From Lama glama (Eukaryota): a DNA stretch of 64,000 nt. The position numbers and the translations under genes are program-made. Positions 22,733 to 35,862 of the stretch are shown here, one piece after another. Within the stretch, counting starts at the first letter, position 1; each line of letters begins with the position of its first letter. The notes beneath the pieces were generated by a model, which was not told where the DNA came from, ran no database searches, and saw only the letters and a list, made by a program, of their open reading frames with translations. The stretch lies in assembly GCA_028534125.1 (NCBI GenBank), contig CM052817.1:20958001-21022000 (forward strand), in the 5' to 3' direction.

Positions 22733-25344
22733 CATGTGATCTACACTTGACATAGCTCCTCTTTATAAATGGCAGTGCAGTCATCTCTTTAGCAGTCCTT
22801 CCAAAGCTCTTAATAGAAAAAAGAAATTAAAAATAAAAAAAACAAGAAAGAAAAAAATTAGGATTACAGCTATACAGTTCCCTGTCTATTTATACCTGAG
22901 TGGGTTGGGCCCCACACGACATTAGAACAGACAAAAGCTGGGAAGCGGTCCAATAATCTTGGAGATTTCTCCTGAGCAATTTTGTCTGGATCCGGCACAT
23001 ATTTCTCTTTGTGTAGTCATTTCATTGACATAGGACAAACTCGACAGGTAACCACTATCCTTCTGACTATCAATTAATAAAGAATATGGGATTTATCTTT
23101 ATATAAGACCACCAGCAACTTTTTCAATCTCTGTGCACTACAGAAAATGTATCTCTAACACAGAGATTTTGATGACATCAACTCAGAGAGTTTTTTGCTA
23201 AGAGTAAAGGAATATATAAACTCACAACATTTGCACTAGGAGGCATTAATGTTAACACACTCAAAATTTACGCGATAGGTCTGACATTCTCCTCTCGTGG
23301 GTGTCTAACTCCCACACGTGGGTTTGAAATCATCTATGCCAAAGTTGACTGCTAACTTTGAATAATTGATAATTGCCAATTTCTTTTACAAACTGGGATT
23401 TTTCTAAGCCTTTCCTGTTCCTCTATCTTTTTCCTTTTCCTTAAATCTGTTAGCTTCTCTCAAGGACTGAAGCAGTCAGGAGGTGAATGTTCTATCTTGG
23501 TTTAACTAGCCCCTTAGGAGTGCTTCAGAGGCAGAAAAAAAGAAGCATAAGACTCAGCGAAGGACAAAGGGAAAAAGGACTACATGTGGTGAAAATCAAC
23601 TTCTGATCCCTGTTCCCTTGTGATACATTATAACACACCTTACTGAAGACTAATAGAAAATGTCCTGAAAGTTTCAATTTCTATGCTCCTACTAAGCCAC
23701 AATTCAGCTCTTAAAGATGCTGATAATATGCTACAGAGAAAACACACAACCCCTCCAAAATTTTGGCACTTGTTGGGATGCGGTTCATTACTTTCTGCTG
23801 GTTAGGATTTACTTAGTCTCTTAGCAGTGAACGATGTTTTAAAAGTTTAGAATCTAAGACTAGAAAGATACAAGATTTGCAGCAGCAGTTTTATTAAAAA
23901 AAAAAAAAATCAGGCAACTATCCAAGCCGTTTTTTTGTTGTTGCTCAACAGAGAATTTTATTAAAGGCTTTCACTATAAATGTGGATAAATAATAATATT
24001 TAGCAAATGTACTTGAATTAATTAAAATGTTTGTTTGCCAGATATTTGTTAAGTCTATGTATTATGAGGATAAAATTAATCTTTTTCATTTGTTACCCAT
24101 AATCAAATAAGGAATTTTTCATTGTCTTTCTCTCCCTCTCGCTCTTTCTCTCCTTCTTATACGCACGCAACTATTATTCAAAGTCAATTAGAAAAATCCC
24201 TTAGGAAAGTTTTAACACAGTTTGAATTAGATGATTTCAAGTTTAAAGGTCAAAGTTTTTGTGAAGGACTTCACCCTTGATTTCCTTCCATTTGCCTTCA
24301 TCTCAAACTGAAATCTGAGGAGCAATTGAAGAAAAAGCTTAGCGAAGTTTTAAACAAGCAGAACAGGAATTTGAACTCTGTTGCTGGGATTTTTTTTTTT
24401 TAAAGTAGTATGCTACTTTTAAAATGAGACATTCTCTGAAAAAGATTTCTAGTATAAAACATTCAAGCACGCTAAAATGATAGCAAGTCATTTTACATAT
24501 CGACTTCGCGATGTTCGTTGGTTTCAATGGATACATCATCTCTAGTATCAATTTATTATGGCTCTTTCATGTCTGTTAATCAATTTAACTGAATTTTCTA
24601 TCAGAGAGACAATTATCAATCATAGGTGTCCTCAAGCACTTGTTCCAAGATCAAAACCAACTGTTAAAAATGTACATGGCATTTTATCTAGGTGAGTACA
24701 TTAATGTCATAGAACCCTGGAATATTAAATCGCAAGAGACCTTGAACCAAACTCCCCTTAGTGTATGGATGTTAAATACAGGCAGATGGAGGCTAGGTGA
24801 TTGGTGCAAAATTCCTAGGTAACTGGTCACATGATATGCCCTCAAAACAGACTTCCCAAGTCCCAACCTACTGCAGTTTTCAGTATGTGAATTGGGACAC
24901 CACAGGGAGAAAAATTTCCTTTTCCAATTATGTCTCTATTGATAAACTTAAAAAAAAAGAGACAGATTGTGTGGAAATTAATCTTTACATAATATCTTTA
25001 TTAGTCAATAAAACGCATTTAATGAATTTAAAAGCCAAGCCATTGTCTTCCAAAGATAGGTGGCAATTTTGAATGACTGATTATTTTTCTTTTTTTTAAA
25101 TAAAAAAAATGCCTTAAAGGGACCTAAACATATATGAAATATAATCATCTTCCTAAAACTTTAAATATAAGAACTTAAGACAAAATAAAATTACAAAAGG
25201 ATGCAAGATTTATCATCAGCTCATTAAAATGTGTTGATAAATATACATATAAAACTATTAAAACTGACTGCTTATATGATTCTGTTACCAGTTAGAATCA
25301 TTAAATGAGGAAAAATATGCCCGGTATCTTTTGAGATTTTGGCT

Positions 25345-25545
25345 ACAGGCCTGTGGAACAAGAATACTCTTGGATTAATTAAGAGCTCCATCATTTTCTA
25401 GTCTTGTGACCTTGGACGTTTTTTAGGTCTCAAGCTCTCCATCTGAAAAACAGACAACATTCAACTATAGTTCTTGTAAAGATTAATAAGATATTTCCTA
25501 TGGAGATCTTGGCACAGTGCTAAACTCAATAAATGCCACTTATTT
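25345..25545 (+). mobile_element. MIR SINE
   Basis: ctagtcttgtgaccttggac...ccatctgaaaaac...cttggcacagtgctaaactcaataaatg. Confidence 0.75.
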
Positions 25546-26199
25546 GGGGATTCGTCAAAATCAATTACTGAAACACTTTAGGAAATGTAACGCATGTTGA
25601 AGGCTAATCACTAGACACTACAGTCAGCAGGTCTGGAAAACAAGAACGAGAGGAGACTGAAAGGTAAAATTATCCTCGTGGGAAGTAATCTCATCTGTAA
25701 AATCCACATCCTCAGGTGATCAGAGAAAACAAATGAAGTTTATTCTGATAATGACTAAGTGTGTTCACTTTTGCTTAAAGAAAGAGAACTGATGGATTTT
25801 AGAAAAACTATTTGTTCTCATTCCTTTATTGGTTTTGACCTACCACCTCCTACTATATCACAGTTTGATTTCTACCCCTGCGCTACTGTTGCAACTATTC
25901 TGCTGTCGGACAGCTACACCTTCTAATTACCAAAGCCAATGGACAACTGATCTAACAGTACTTGCAGGCAGTGATGAGTGTCCTTCAATCTCTCCCACCT
26001 CAGGCACTTATCTTCTCTATGCATCAAATTTTCTTTTCTGTAATAAAGATTAAATAATGTAACCTCCATGAAAGTTATTTTTTAATTATTAAAGGAGTTA
26101 ATGCTTATACAGTCCTTACACCACCTGGCATATTAGTAATTAGATTATCACTCAGTATTATTGTTGAATGATTTCCTACTAAACTACTAATTGTTAGTT

Positions 26200-27535
26200 T
26201 GCCTCAAATCTCCTTGACCACTAACTCTGGCTGTTCTTCATTCATACAAGAAAAGGTAGTGAACCCTGAGGTTATGTTCTTACTCTTTTCTTTGTTCTGT
26301 TCTTATTTGTATCTGTCTCCCTAAGTGAACTTGCTTTTTTCCCAGTATTGCTGGTTGCCATGGATACAACTCCTCCATGCCCCATTTCACATACTCAAGG
26401 CTCTCACTTGAACTCTTAATCTCTATTTCCATTTGATTTCTGCCCACAAACACCTGTATATATCACAAAAATCTCGTATACAATATGTCTAAAATTAAGT
26501 CATTGACTCTTGATCCAAACTCACTCTTCCATTTTATTAATTTATCATTTAATGATAGAGTCATTTAAGTCATAATGTTTAATAATTCTTGTTTAAATTA
26601 ACAATGATAATTATAACTAATATAAATTGAGTGCTAACTCTGGGTATTAAGCTCTGGGCTTAATACAAAAGTCCCAGGAGTTACACCTAATACATACTGT
26701 TTTATTTTTCACATCCTAAAAAGACCTAGCTGCTAAGTTACCTACTAATAACCTTTGTCACTGTTTATTTCTGCCATCAACCCTTTCTTCAAACTTTTCT
26801 CTCAAATCCCTTTTATACAAGTTTTGCTAAATTTGTGTTTCTGAAATATACATTTGACTGTATCATTTCACTGCATGAAATGCTTCAATAACTTCATCCC
26901 ATAACTTACACCATAAAATTAATATGCCCAGTAAATAGTCCTTCACCTTTGGTCCCTGCTTATCTTTCTAATTTCATCCTTTCCATTCTTTATTGCTCCT
27001 CAGACTCCTGCCAACCAAGTAATTTCTATTTCCCTGGGTGTATTATAAACTTCTCTGTATCTGTGCTTTCCTTGCAAGGTTTCTTCTGCATAAGAAATCT
27101 TTGTTTTTCTCACATAATAGTCCTCAACGTTATAGCCAATATTTAAGTGCTCAGAATATGTCACATTGTTCAATGCCCTTTACCTTGATGAATGCATTTG
27201 TCCTAAAAACAATATTATAAAGTAGGAGCTATTGTTAGCTCTACTTTATAGCCGAGGAAACTTAGGTAGGAAACCTTAAGTAAATGTCCAAAGTTAAAGA
27301 GTTTTTATGTGACAGAATCACCCTGTCTTTCTTGGATATGGCTTCAGTCTCACTTTGATGACATACTAAGCTTTATGCTCCTTTATGGTTTTTCCATAGT
27401 GTTTAGGACGTATATCAAGTAACCTCACTATTGCATCTATGTGAAGTGTCTACCCTACCCTTTAAATTCTCAACAACCTTTGAAGCTATGGACTATGTTT
27501 TTTAAATGCATCAAATGAATGAATTGAATGAATAT
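26200..27535 (+). mobile_element. L2 LINE, fragmented, with a reverse MIR at about 27140-27320
   Basis: caatatgtctaaaattaagtcattga, tttgactgtatcatttcactgc, and a (TGAA)n tail near 27515-27533. Confidence 0.7.
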
Positions 27536-28224
27536 TCTTTTATCCAAAACAGAATTTCCTTGGAGACTGAACCAAAAAAAAAAAAAAAAGGAAAACTAGT
27601 TTGTACTAGAGAGAATATGAAGAAAGATAACATTCTTTATAGAAATTGGAGGGAAAAGTTATTAACTAAATGGTAGACATCTTACTGACCGTAAATGCTT
27701 GGTAGTAGAACACCGGATCAAATATTTTCCAATAGTTATGCACTTATAAATGAAAGTTCAGGAGTAGGAGGTTGTCCTACTGTTCGTTTATTCTTGAAAG
27801 GGAAAATGATGCAGAATAGCCACCTTGACTGGGAGGAAGGTTGTATGGATCTTGAAAGTAGTCAAAGCAGGAACCATCTCATACCAGACAAACACTTAGT
27901 GCTGATGTAGGGCTGGTTCTGGAGCAACAGGGTATTCTGAGGAAAAGTTACGGTGAGGGTTCAAGATACTACTTGGGTGAGGGGGACCCTCTGACCGATG
28001 GTAAGCAAGGCCAAGATCTGCAAAACCTAAAAAAAGTAATAGATTGAGCTGAGAGAAAACATTCCACGAAAGGAGAATATCCAGTGAAATGACTGGAGAA
28101 GATGCTAGAGATGTAGTTTGCAGACGGTTCATAACCTGGAGAAACATAATAAAAACTGGAAGTTAGGATGTAGTTGCTGAAAGTATACATTAATGAATTG
28201 GTTCAGTTTCTGAAAGTAAAAGGT

Positions 28225-28430
28225 TAAACATGAGATTTGGCTCTATTTGTTAGCTGTGTGGAACTTGGCAAAATAGCCCAACATTCTTGAGTTTTTATTT
28301 TCTCCTCTGTAGAGAAAATCATTGGTCCTTCTATATTGAGAGGTTATAAGAGTTATTAACGCATGACCTTAAACTACTTAACATGATGTATTATACAAAG
28401 TCAGTGGTCAATAAACATTGTTTATTGTTT
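28225..28430 (+). mobile_element. MIR SINE
   Basis: ttggctctatttgttagctgtgtggaacttggcaaa...ggtcaataaacattg. Confidence 0.7.
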
Positions 28431-30138
28431 ATTGTTGTTGCTGGTTGTTGTTTTTTTTTTCAGACAATTCACTAATACATTGTAAATGTCAGTTAACATT
28501 TCTTTTGTGCAGAAATACTTTTAAGGGGAAAGTCTTGAGTGTACTGAGTATTTGAATCGTTTCTTCACCATTTGACAAAGATATAGGACCATGTTTCTAC
28601 TTTTGTTTTTTTTCACAAAATCGTTTTGTTTCATCATCTTCTTCCCCCATTATTTCCAAGGTCAAAGAGAAAGGAAGCACCACAGCAAAACCAATCATGC
28701 ACTTTAGAGTCTTCATATGTTCACCCAAGAAAGCTCAAAACTCTTGCCAGTTCCTGCAGGCATGGAGATACATTTACTCTGGCAAATTTAATACTAATAA
28801 ATAATTATGAGATCAAGAGATACAATAACAGCGTGTTCATCTCACCTATTAGGGAAGAAAAAGCAAGATGGTAAGTTTTATGAAATTCCTACTCTATATA
28901 TTCATAAAATCATTTAGAAGAGTCAAATTGAAAATTTTAAATGTCACAAAGACTAAATAGTAATAAATGAGAAATGATAATCCACACAGCAATGTAAAAG
29001 AAGACAATTGTGACTTTTTTAAGTGTTGCTAGAAATTCCCCCTGTATGTCCATATGACTTTTATTGAAATAATATTAAAACAGTGAACTCACTGCCCAAC
29101 AGTTGTATTCTTTTAAACATTAAAATGGAAAAACCCTGGGTCTTATTTTAGCTGTATAATTTGTATTTAAATTTCAGAACACACTTCTGTCATTTTCAGT
29201 GTCAATATATCCTTACTATATAGTTACAAGATATAAAGAAAATATGAGAATAGCCACTCCAACTTGGTGATAATCTGTATTTAGGAAAACGACAATGAGC
29301 TAAACTAGAGAGAAGAATAATGAGAGAAGAAAAAACTCAGATTCCTTGGAAAATTATTGAAGATTTTTATTTAGTTTAATAGATCAATGTTTATTAACAC
29401 CATTTCAAAGCCAACCTTAATAATTATGAAGTAGCAAAGGACTAAGCATATATAGATCTTTTCATAAGCTATATTGTAATTCTGTATTGCTGAAGATGGA
29501 GAGGTGACAACATATATTTTAGCATCTGTATTGAATTCTGATCATTTTTTGCTTAATCAATAGATGATGTAATTATTTGAAATCTCCACTTTCATTTTAA
29601 AATTTCAGCACATATATTGGCTGAATTTAGTGTGCATTGGAAGAGTTACGACTATTTCAGTTGTTGCTATGAATTTACAGGACCTAAGACAAACAGCAAT
29701 TGAATAATTGCATCATTTTTTCCTTGTCATGGAACACTTTTCAGTCATTATCACCATCATCATATGGACATAGGACAAGATTTGCTTTTTTAAGCAATGA
29801 AACATGTTATAAACTAAAATGGAAACAATGATAACTTTCAAGAATTAAAAATGTTGATCACTGAATGTTCTTCTCATTTGTGCTTTCATGTGCCTTCCAG
29901 TATTCTGCCTTGTATTACAGTTGTAACTAAAAAATATTAAAGTTATCTATTCATTTTCTGTTTGGATTTATTTAGGAAAAGATATTAATCTAGGCCATGT
30001 GAAGGAAACAAAGATGATCAACATAGAGTGTGGTAATCTGCATCAAAATTACAAACACAAATGTATCATTTTCCTACAAAACATTTATGCACACGCACAA
30101 ACACAAAAACAAATAATTGTTTAAAAGAAACTAGCATT

Positions 30139-30280
30139 GGGGGAGGGTATAGCTTAGTGGCAAAGCGAGGAGTATTCAGCATGCACGAGGTCCTGGGTTC
30201 AATCCCCAGTACCTCCATTAAAAAATAAATAAATAAATAAATCTAATTACTGCCCCTAACTAAAAAAAAAAAAAAAAAAA
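30139..30280 (+). mobile_element. Vic-1-type camelid tRNA-derived SINE
   Basis: GGGGGAGGGTATAGCTTAGTGG (A box)...GGTTCAATCC (B box)...(AAAT)n CTAATTAC...poly(A). Imperfect TSD AAGAAACTAGCAT / AAGAAGACCAGCAT. Confidence 0.9.
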
Positions 30281-30339
30281 GAAGAAGACCAGCATAACAA
30301 TTAAATCAATCATATTAATTATTCCTACATTCCTACAGC

Positions 30340-30532
30340 TTTTCATCCTAAGAGTTTTATTACTGTCTGAAATTATGTTGCTTCTTTGCTTGTGTCCACA
30401 GGCTGGAACAGTTTCAGAAGCTCAGTGGCCTTATTTATCTGATTATTCCCTATAATACCTACACTGCATTATAGCTTTAGATCAGTTTATAGCACATAAT
30501 AAGTGCTCAATAAATATTTGTTGAATGAATAC
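30340..30532 (+). mobile_element. L2 3' end
   Basis: gcacataataagtgctcaataaatatttgttgaatgaat. Confidence 0.8.
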
Positions 30533-32542
30533 ATGAGTTTTTTTGAGGATTTAAAAAAAATCCACATACAGCTCTTACTACAGTTGTGTACACAGTAATC
30601 CCTTATTATCATGAGCTATTTATTGATGTTGCTGTTATTTTTAAATGATTCAGAATGTTATGATCAGGGAAAGTTTAAAAGCAAGAGTGACATGTGAGCT
30701 TGTTCCTAAAGGTCAATGTTTCAGTAAACGGGGAGATGGGAAATTTAAGGCAAAAGAAATGGCAAGATGGACTCTGGATCAGAATCTCTGGAGTGCAGAC
30801 CACATTGTATGTTAACGTACTGGTGCTAACACTCAAGTAAAGAGGGCTTGCTTAAATATAAGTGGAACAATTTAAACTCGATCCTAGAGGAGCAAAGATC
30901 TAGCAACTTGTAAATTCCTTGAAGGACATCATATGCCCCTTTATTCTTAATTTCAACCACCAGGACATAACTTCTGCCTCATTTCTTATACTACAAAGAT
31001 GAATTTCAAAGCAAATGTAGGCTGGCTCAACCCTACCCTGTCAAAGATAAATACGCAGATTAACTAGGAGTTTTGTTTGCCAAAGTTCACCTCCTGACCA
31101 ATTAAATCTGGCCCTGCTGCTCAGCGTGACCCAGGAAAGTGGCCGTCACTCATGCTTGCTCTCTCAGTCTGTACGATTGACAGTCATATAGAACAATGGA
31201 TTTTTTTTAAATCAAATATTTATACAGCAGACTATCGAAAAAAATTTCTAAATACTTTTAAAACTCAAGAGGGTAAAATAACCTCATTATTTTAAAATAC
31301 TGAAAATGTACAGGATCCAGACACACTGAGTCATATTAAGTATGCGCAGTTTACTTGAATATTCACTTAATATGCTCTTAAGATCTCTATGACAGAAGCA
31401 AATATTTTCCCCATTTTTTTGAGCAATAGATTCAAAAGCAAGAGTAACAGTGCTATTGAAGTCCATGAAACACTTTTCCACGTTCAGTTACTCAGTCTCT
31501 GTATTGTTCCTACATCATCTATCGCCCAGAATCCTTCCACACCAGCTCAGTAATAGTGACTGCAGCTAAAGTAAAGGAAGTGGGTCTACAAAGCACTTTA
31601 TTTCCTTATTCAGTAAGATTTTTATGGAGAAAATGCAAACAACTGCCATTCAAATCAGATTATATATGCTTGACAGGTATGTAACCTTATATAAAATTAA
31701 ATCCAACTCTCCACACTACAAATCTGTAAGGAATCAGAAGGGGATTTATATAAAATCTGGACAATTGTTGCATTCCACCCTTGAAGTCATTCTGAGTTAA
31801 AACAGGAATTTTTCCAAGACTCAAAGAAAAACTGTATTTTAAAAAGGGGATTATTTTTAATCATTGAATACATCATTTTTATTACTAAGACTGGAAAAGC
31901 AATACATTTTTCCCACTGTATGTTCACTCTGATGAAAGAAAGAATTCTCTCGCTTTCAACTCCTAACAAATGCCATATTCTCAAGACTAGAGGAATTATC
32001 AGCAGTCATTCCTTCTTCTTGATCTATGTTATTTTTCTCTAAATTATGTCAAGTGAACTTTTAAAGATTCAGGGAGGGGGAGCTTCATAATTCTTTTCCC
32101 TCAGCAAATTCTGAGGTGGCTCCTTTAGCCTCGGGCTTTCTTTGTGGTCTTTTTCTTCCTCTCCTTTGTTTTCTGGTTTCTCATGCTTCTAGAAGTTGAG
32201 GGATAAGCTGATTATGCACAAATACATAAGGGTTATTTCTCTGTTTAACTCTCTTTTCCTTTTGGGTGGAACTCTTTAAGGAAATCCCTTGGCCTGCATC
32301 TCATCATTTATGAAATGTCTAAGTGTGCATTGATGTGAATATAGCAAGTCTTGTAGATTCCAGACCGTACTGGTGGGTGATGGGAGCCCCACCGACTCCA
32401 GTTTGCCATTATCACTCTGACTTGGTTGCACAGGGAAGTGGAGCAAATGAGACAGCTGGGGCATTTTACTTTCCCAAGTGTTTTACTCAATTTGCATAAT
32501 TTGTGTTAACTGATCTACAGGCATAATTAGAATGCCTCCAAC

Positions 32543-32722
32543 TTTTTTTTAATTTAAGTATAGTCAGTTTACAATATTGTGTCAATTTCTGGTGTACAGC
32601 ATAATGTCTCAGTCATACATATACATACATATATCCCTTTTCATATTCTTTTTCATTATAGGTTAATAAAAGATATTGAATATAGTTCCCTGTGCCATAC
32701 AGAAGAAACTTGTGGTATAGCC
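32543..32722 (-). mobile_element. 5'-truncated, relatively young L1 3' end
   Basis: Poly(T), then aagtatagtcagtttacaatattgtgtcaatttctggtgtacagc. TSD ATGCCTCCAACTTTT (32532) / ATTCCTCCAGCTTTT (32723). Confidence 0.85.
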
Positions 32723-33264
32723 ATTCCTCCAGCTTTTAATCATATTTTCATGTAGTTCTCATGGTCTTTCTGGACTCAACTCCACAATAGGGTCCTTAAT
32801 ACTGATGACTATCAGATGCTATCCTGAGGCAATTAACAACCACAAATGCAGGTCACAGAACTCAAAATCTTAGCGCCTCGTATCCTTTCTTTATAGGAGC
32901 CTGGGGGAATATCTTCATCTTGAGACAGACAGATTATTTCGTTTACAGCAAACACCACATCAACTTGCTCATATATTTATTCCCATAAACTGCTAGAAGA
33001 TCAGGGTGACCTAGCCGTGCCCTGACTTCCCTCTTGGAAGGACAGTACCAGTCTAGGAGCTGATTATCAAAGCCATTGCTATTTTTAATCAAGCTCTCCA
33101 GTGTTTCCTTGGCTTATTCTACCCCATCTGAATGAAACTCAGTCCCATAATTTATTCCCCACAAATCTCTCCTACACAGGAGCCAGTTCATGTTTGAGGG
33201 ATTGAATTTGTTTTCAACTGACCGGCTAGGTTTTCAGTTTACTCTGAAGAATGCACTGGGTGAG

Positions 33265-33294
33265 GCAGTCTGTCGACCTGCCGCAAGGGGGCGC
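33265..33294 (+). promoter_or_regulatory. CTCF motif with upstream module
   Basis: Core TGCCGCAAGGGGGCGC at 33279-33294, with GCAGT 16 nt upstream of the core CC. Local CpG retention. Confidence 0.65.
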
Positions 33295-34511
33295 ATATGA
33301 GGCTCTAGGACTTGGCGGGCTCCTTGGAGGGCACCGACTTGGACACTGAAGCTTGATCGTTTTATCATTTAGTGCTAAAAGATGCGTTCACGTTTTGAAC
33401 CATATTCACTTTATTGACATGTAGTATCAACAAGAGGGAAACTAGACTGGAAAATGATAAACGAATATTTTTACAGGCAATAAAAAATGATAGTGGTCTT
33501 TAGACTCACATTTGTTTTAATATGTAAAAAACCCCAAAGTCTAAGAAAATTAAAAAGCTATTAGAACTCTACCTACAAATTGACTGCAAACATCTAAAAA
33601 CAATGTAGTGTCTGTAATTAACAGACAACAGCCCCTTGCCAACCGCTCCACAGCAAGAGTTTCCCGGTCATAACTGAGTATATTGTGGAATTAGCAGACC
33701 TGGTCTAAGCAGGGGGTCACCCAAAGCCGGACAGAGCAAGTTACACAGTCAAGGCCCCTGAACCATGAGACAGAGCTACGCTTATAAAAAAATGGAACGG
33801 TAGATACATTCTTGAAATACCCGAAGGCTTTTCTCATGCCAAGTGGCTAATTAGTGTCCTTATTATTCTCCAGATCAAAACAGAAAACAAAACAAATTCC
33901 AAAATGTAGTATGAGGAGGTGAGAGTAAGAAGGACAGGGGGCATTGGAATAAATCATGAAATCTGTGATAAAAATGTTTTACACTTTAAGCTTTTGTTTT
34001 CTTTCTCTATATCCCCCTATATTTCTTTCTTTCTCATTTTTTCACTAATTTGACTTGAAGGTTTATGTCTGTAAAAAGAGAGAAATTTTTAGCTCTTGAA
34101 TACTCCAAAGCCTGAAGAAAGTTATCAATTCACACTGTCTGTGACCTTCATGAATTTAGTGTCTCCCTTCAGCAGGTTTCTGCCAATCTCATGTATACTT
34201 TATTAAGTGGTGATTTATTAAGTGGAAATATGTGATGTAACACCTCTTATCCATAATATCTGTTTTCTAGATATTTTTCAAAATCTTAGATTTCTTAGTG
34301 CAGGAAGTGGAAATAGATCTCTTCTTCATTGAACACATTTTTTTCTCATTCATTTACCAGTGCCAATGCGTTTGTCCTACAGCTTTTCAACCTCCTCACC
34401 TCACTCTACAAAACCCACATTTTCCATCAAACTGTTGCCGTCTGGAACTACTTTTCTGTTTCTCTTCCTTCTTTCACTGTCAATGTTTCTAATAAAAATG
34501 TGCTTCAATAA

Positions 34512-34740
34512 ACTAATAGCTAATATTTACTGAGTACTTATGAACCTGGGTGTGTCCTAACAACTTATACATGTGTCATTCAATTTAATCCTCATTACAA
34601 GCCTATAAGACAAATGTTACAGCTAATCTACCTGTTGGAAACTGAGGCACAGAGAAGGTAAGCACTTATTCTAAAGTTTCACCCTCAGTTGGCGCTGGTA
34701 CTTGGATTCTAACCAGAGTCTGAGTCTGGAGGCTGACCTA
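34512..34740 (-). mobile_element. MIR SINE
   Basis: atagctaatatttactgagtactta...tttaatcctcattacaa...ggaaactgaggcacagagaagg. Confidence 0.85.
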
Positions 34741-34834
34741 AAACCAATGTCAGTTTTACCACACATCCTCTAGTTAATGGCTTTTAATTTTTTCTTTAGT
34801 AAACACCTTATATAAAGCAAAACTTCAAAAACTC

Positions 34835-35436
34835 TGGGGTAGAAAAGGAAAAATAATTTTCCTTCTAGCTTTTGGAATTATTATCTGAGACCTCTGTAAT
34901 AAAAGTCAGATTAACAGGAGAAAAAACAACAAGTTTAGTAACCTGTATTTCAGGTACGTGTGCAAGTTACCTAGGGGAAAATGATTAACTCCTCGAGATA
35001 GCTCAGAGTTCAGAATAATATGCCATCATAAGAGGGAAGAGGGTAAGGAAATGTAGACCTCGTAAGCAAGAGTAAATAACTTTTAGGAAAGATGAAAGGG
35101 CCCTTAGCAAAACAGACTGGAGGTGTGATAGCTTGTGACCAGATTTGGCCAGGTGTGGTGTCGACTTCGAATCTCCTCTCTTATGAAAAATAGCTGATCT
35201 TGCCTGGTTGATAAAACTTTCAAAGAGGGGGTTATGACAACTGAATTGCCTTTTTGGACTGATTTTTAGGCAGATCGGATGTTCCAAGAAAGCCTTTTTC
35301 TGCATTTGTTGCTTCTTAAGTGTGTACAGCACAAAAATAATAATAATTAATCAATATACAAAGCAGCATGTTCTAGGGTGGCATGTCCTGAACCCTGGCA
35401 GCCATATTTCGGGGTGACACAATCTGTTACTCTTCA
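34835..35436 (-). mobile_element. ERV1-class solo LTR (MER34-group-like)
   Basis: The minus strand begins TGAAGAGTAACAGATTGTGTCACCCCGAAATATGG. ctgagacctctgtaataaaagtcagattaacaggagaaaa lies near the other end. Confidence 0.75.
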
Positions 35437-35792
35437 CCAGTAAATACCTCCGACACCAATTCAGTGTCACAAATTCACCTATTTACCCATAATGCACCTT
35501 AGCTCAGTTTTCTGTATCCTTAATCCAGATTTTCCTTCTTGGTATTTTGTGTTTTGGATGATTCTTTTAACATTAAGTATGCTGATACTAAGTATCTTTA
35601 CAATAAGTATTCTTTTTTCCCCTCGGTTTCCTCTTTCTCTTTGTATTCACTTCTTCAGGCCAAACTTATATATACCCTCATCTTTCTCTGTACATTCTAG
35701 CTTGCAATTTCATTGCCATTTCCAATTTCAAAATTACTTGTATTACGATAACTCTCAAATTTATTTCTCAAGTTCTGAATTTTCTGAACTGG

Positions 35793-35798
35793 ATATTA

Positions 35799-35845
<47 letters not shown>

Positions 35846-35862
35846 TACTATTATTATTATTA
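35793..35862. repeat. (TAT)n microsatellite within an L2 remnant
   Basis: About 70 bp of ATT/TAT triplets with two TAC interruptions. Confidence 0.95.

Noticed and set aside
22896..23047. Further possible exons: minus-strand donor CAG|GTATAA near 22895, and a plus-strand 31-mer at 23017-23047 with donor GTAACC
   Set aside because: Weak splice signals, no good partner site on the minus strand, and no recognisable peptide.
30139..30220. tRNA-like sequence with A and B boxes
   Set aside because: It is a SINE head followed by a SINE tail, poly(A) and TSD; the cloverleaf is disrupted.
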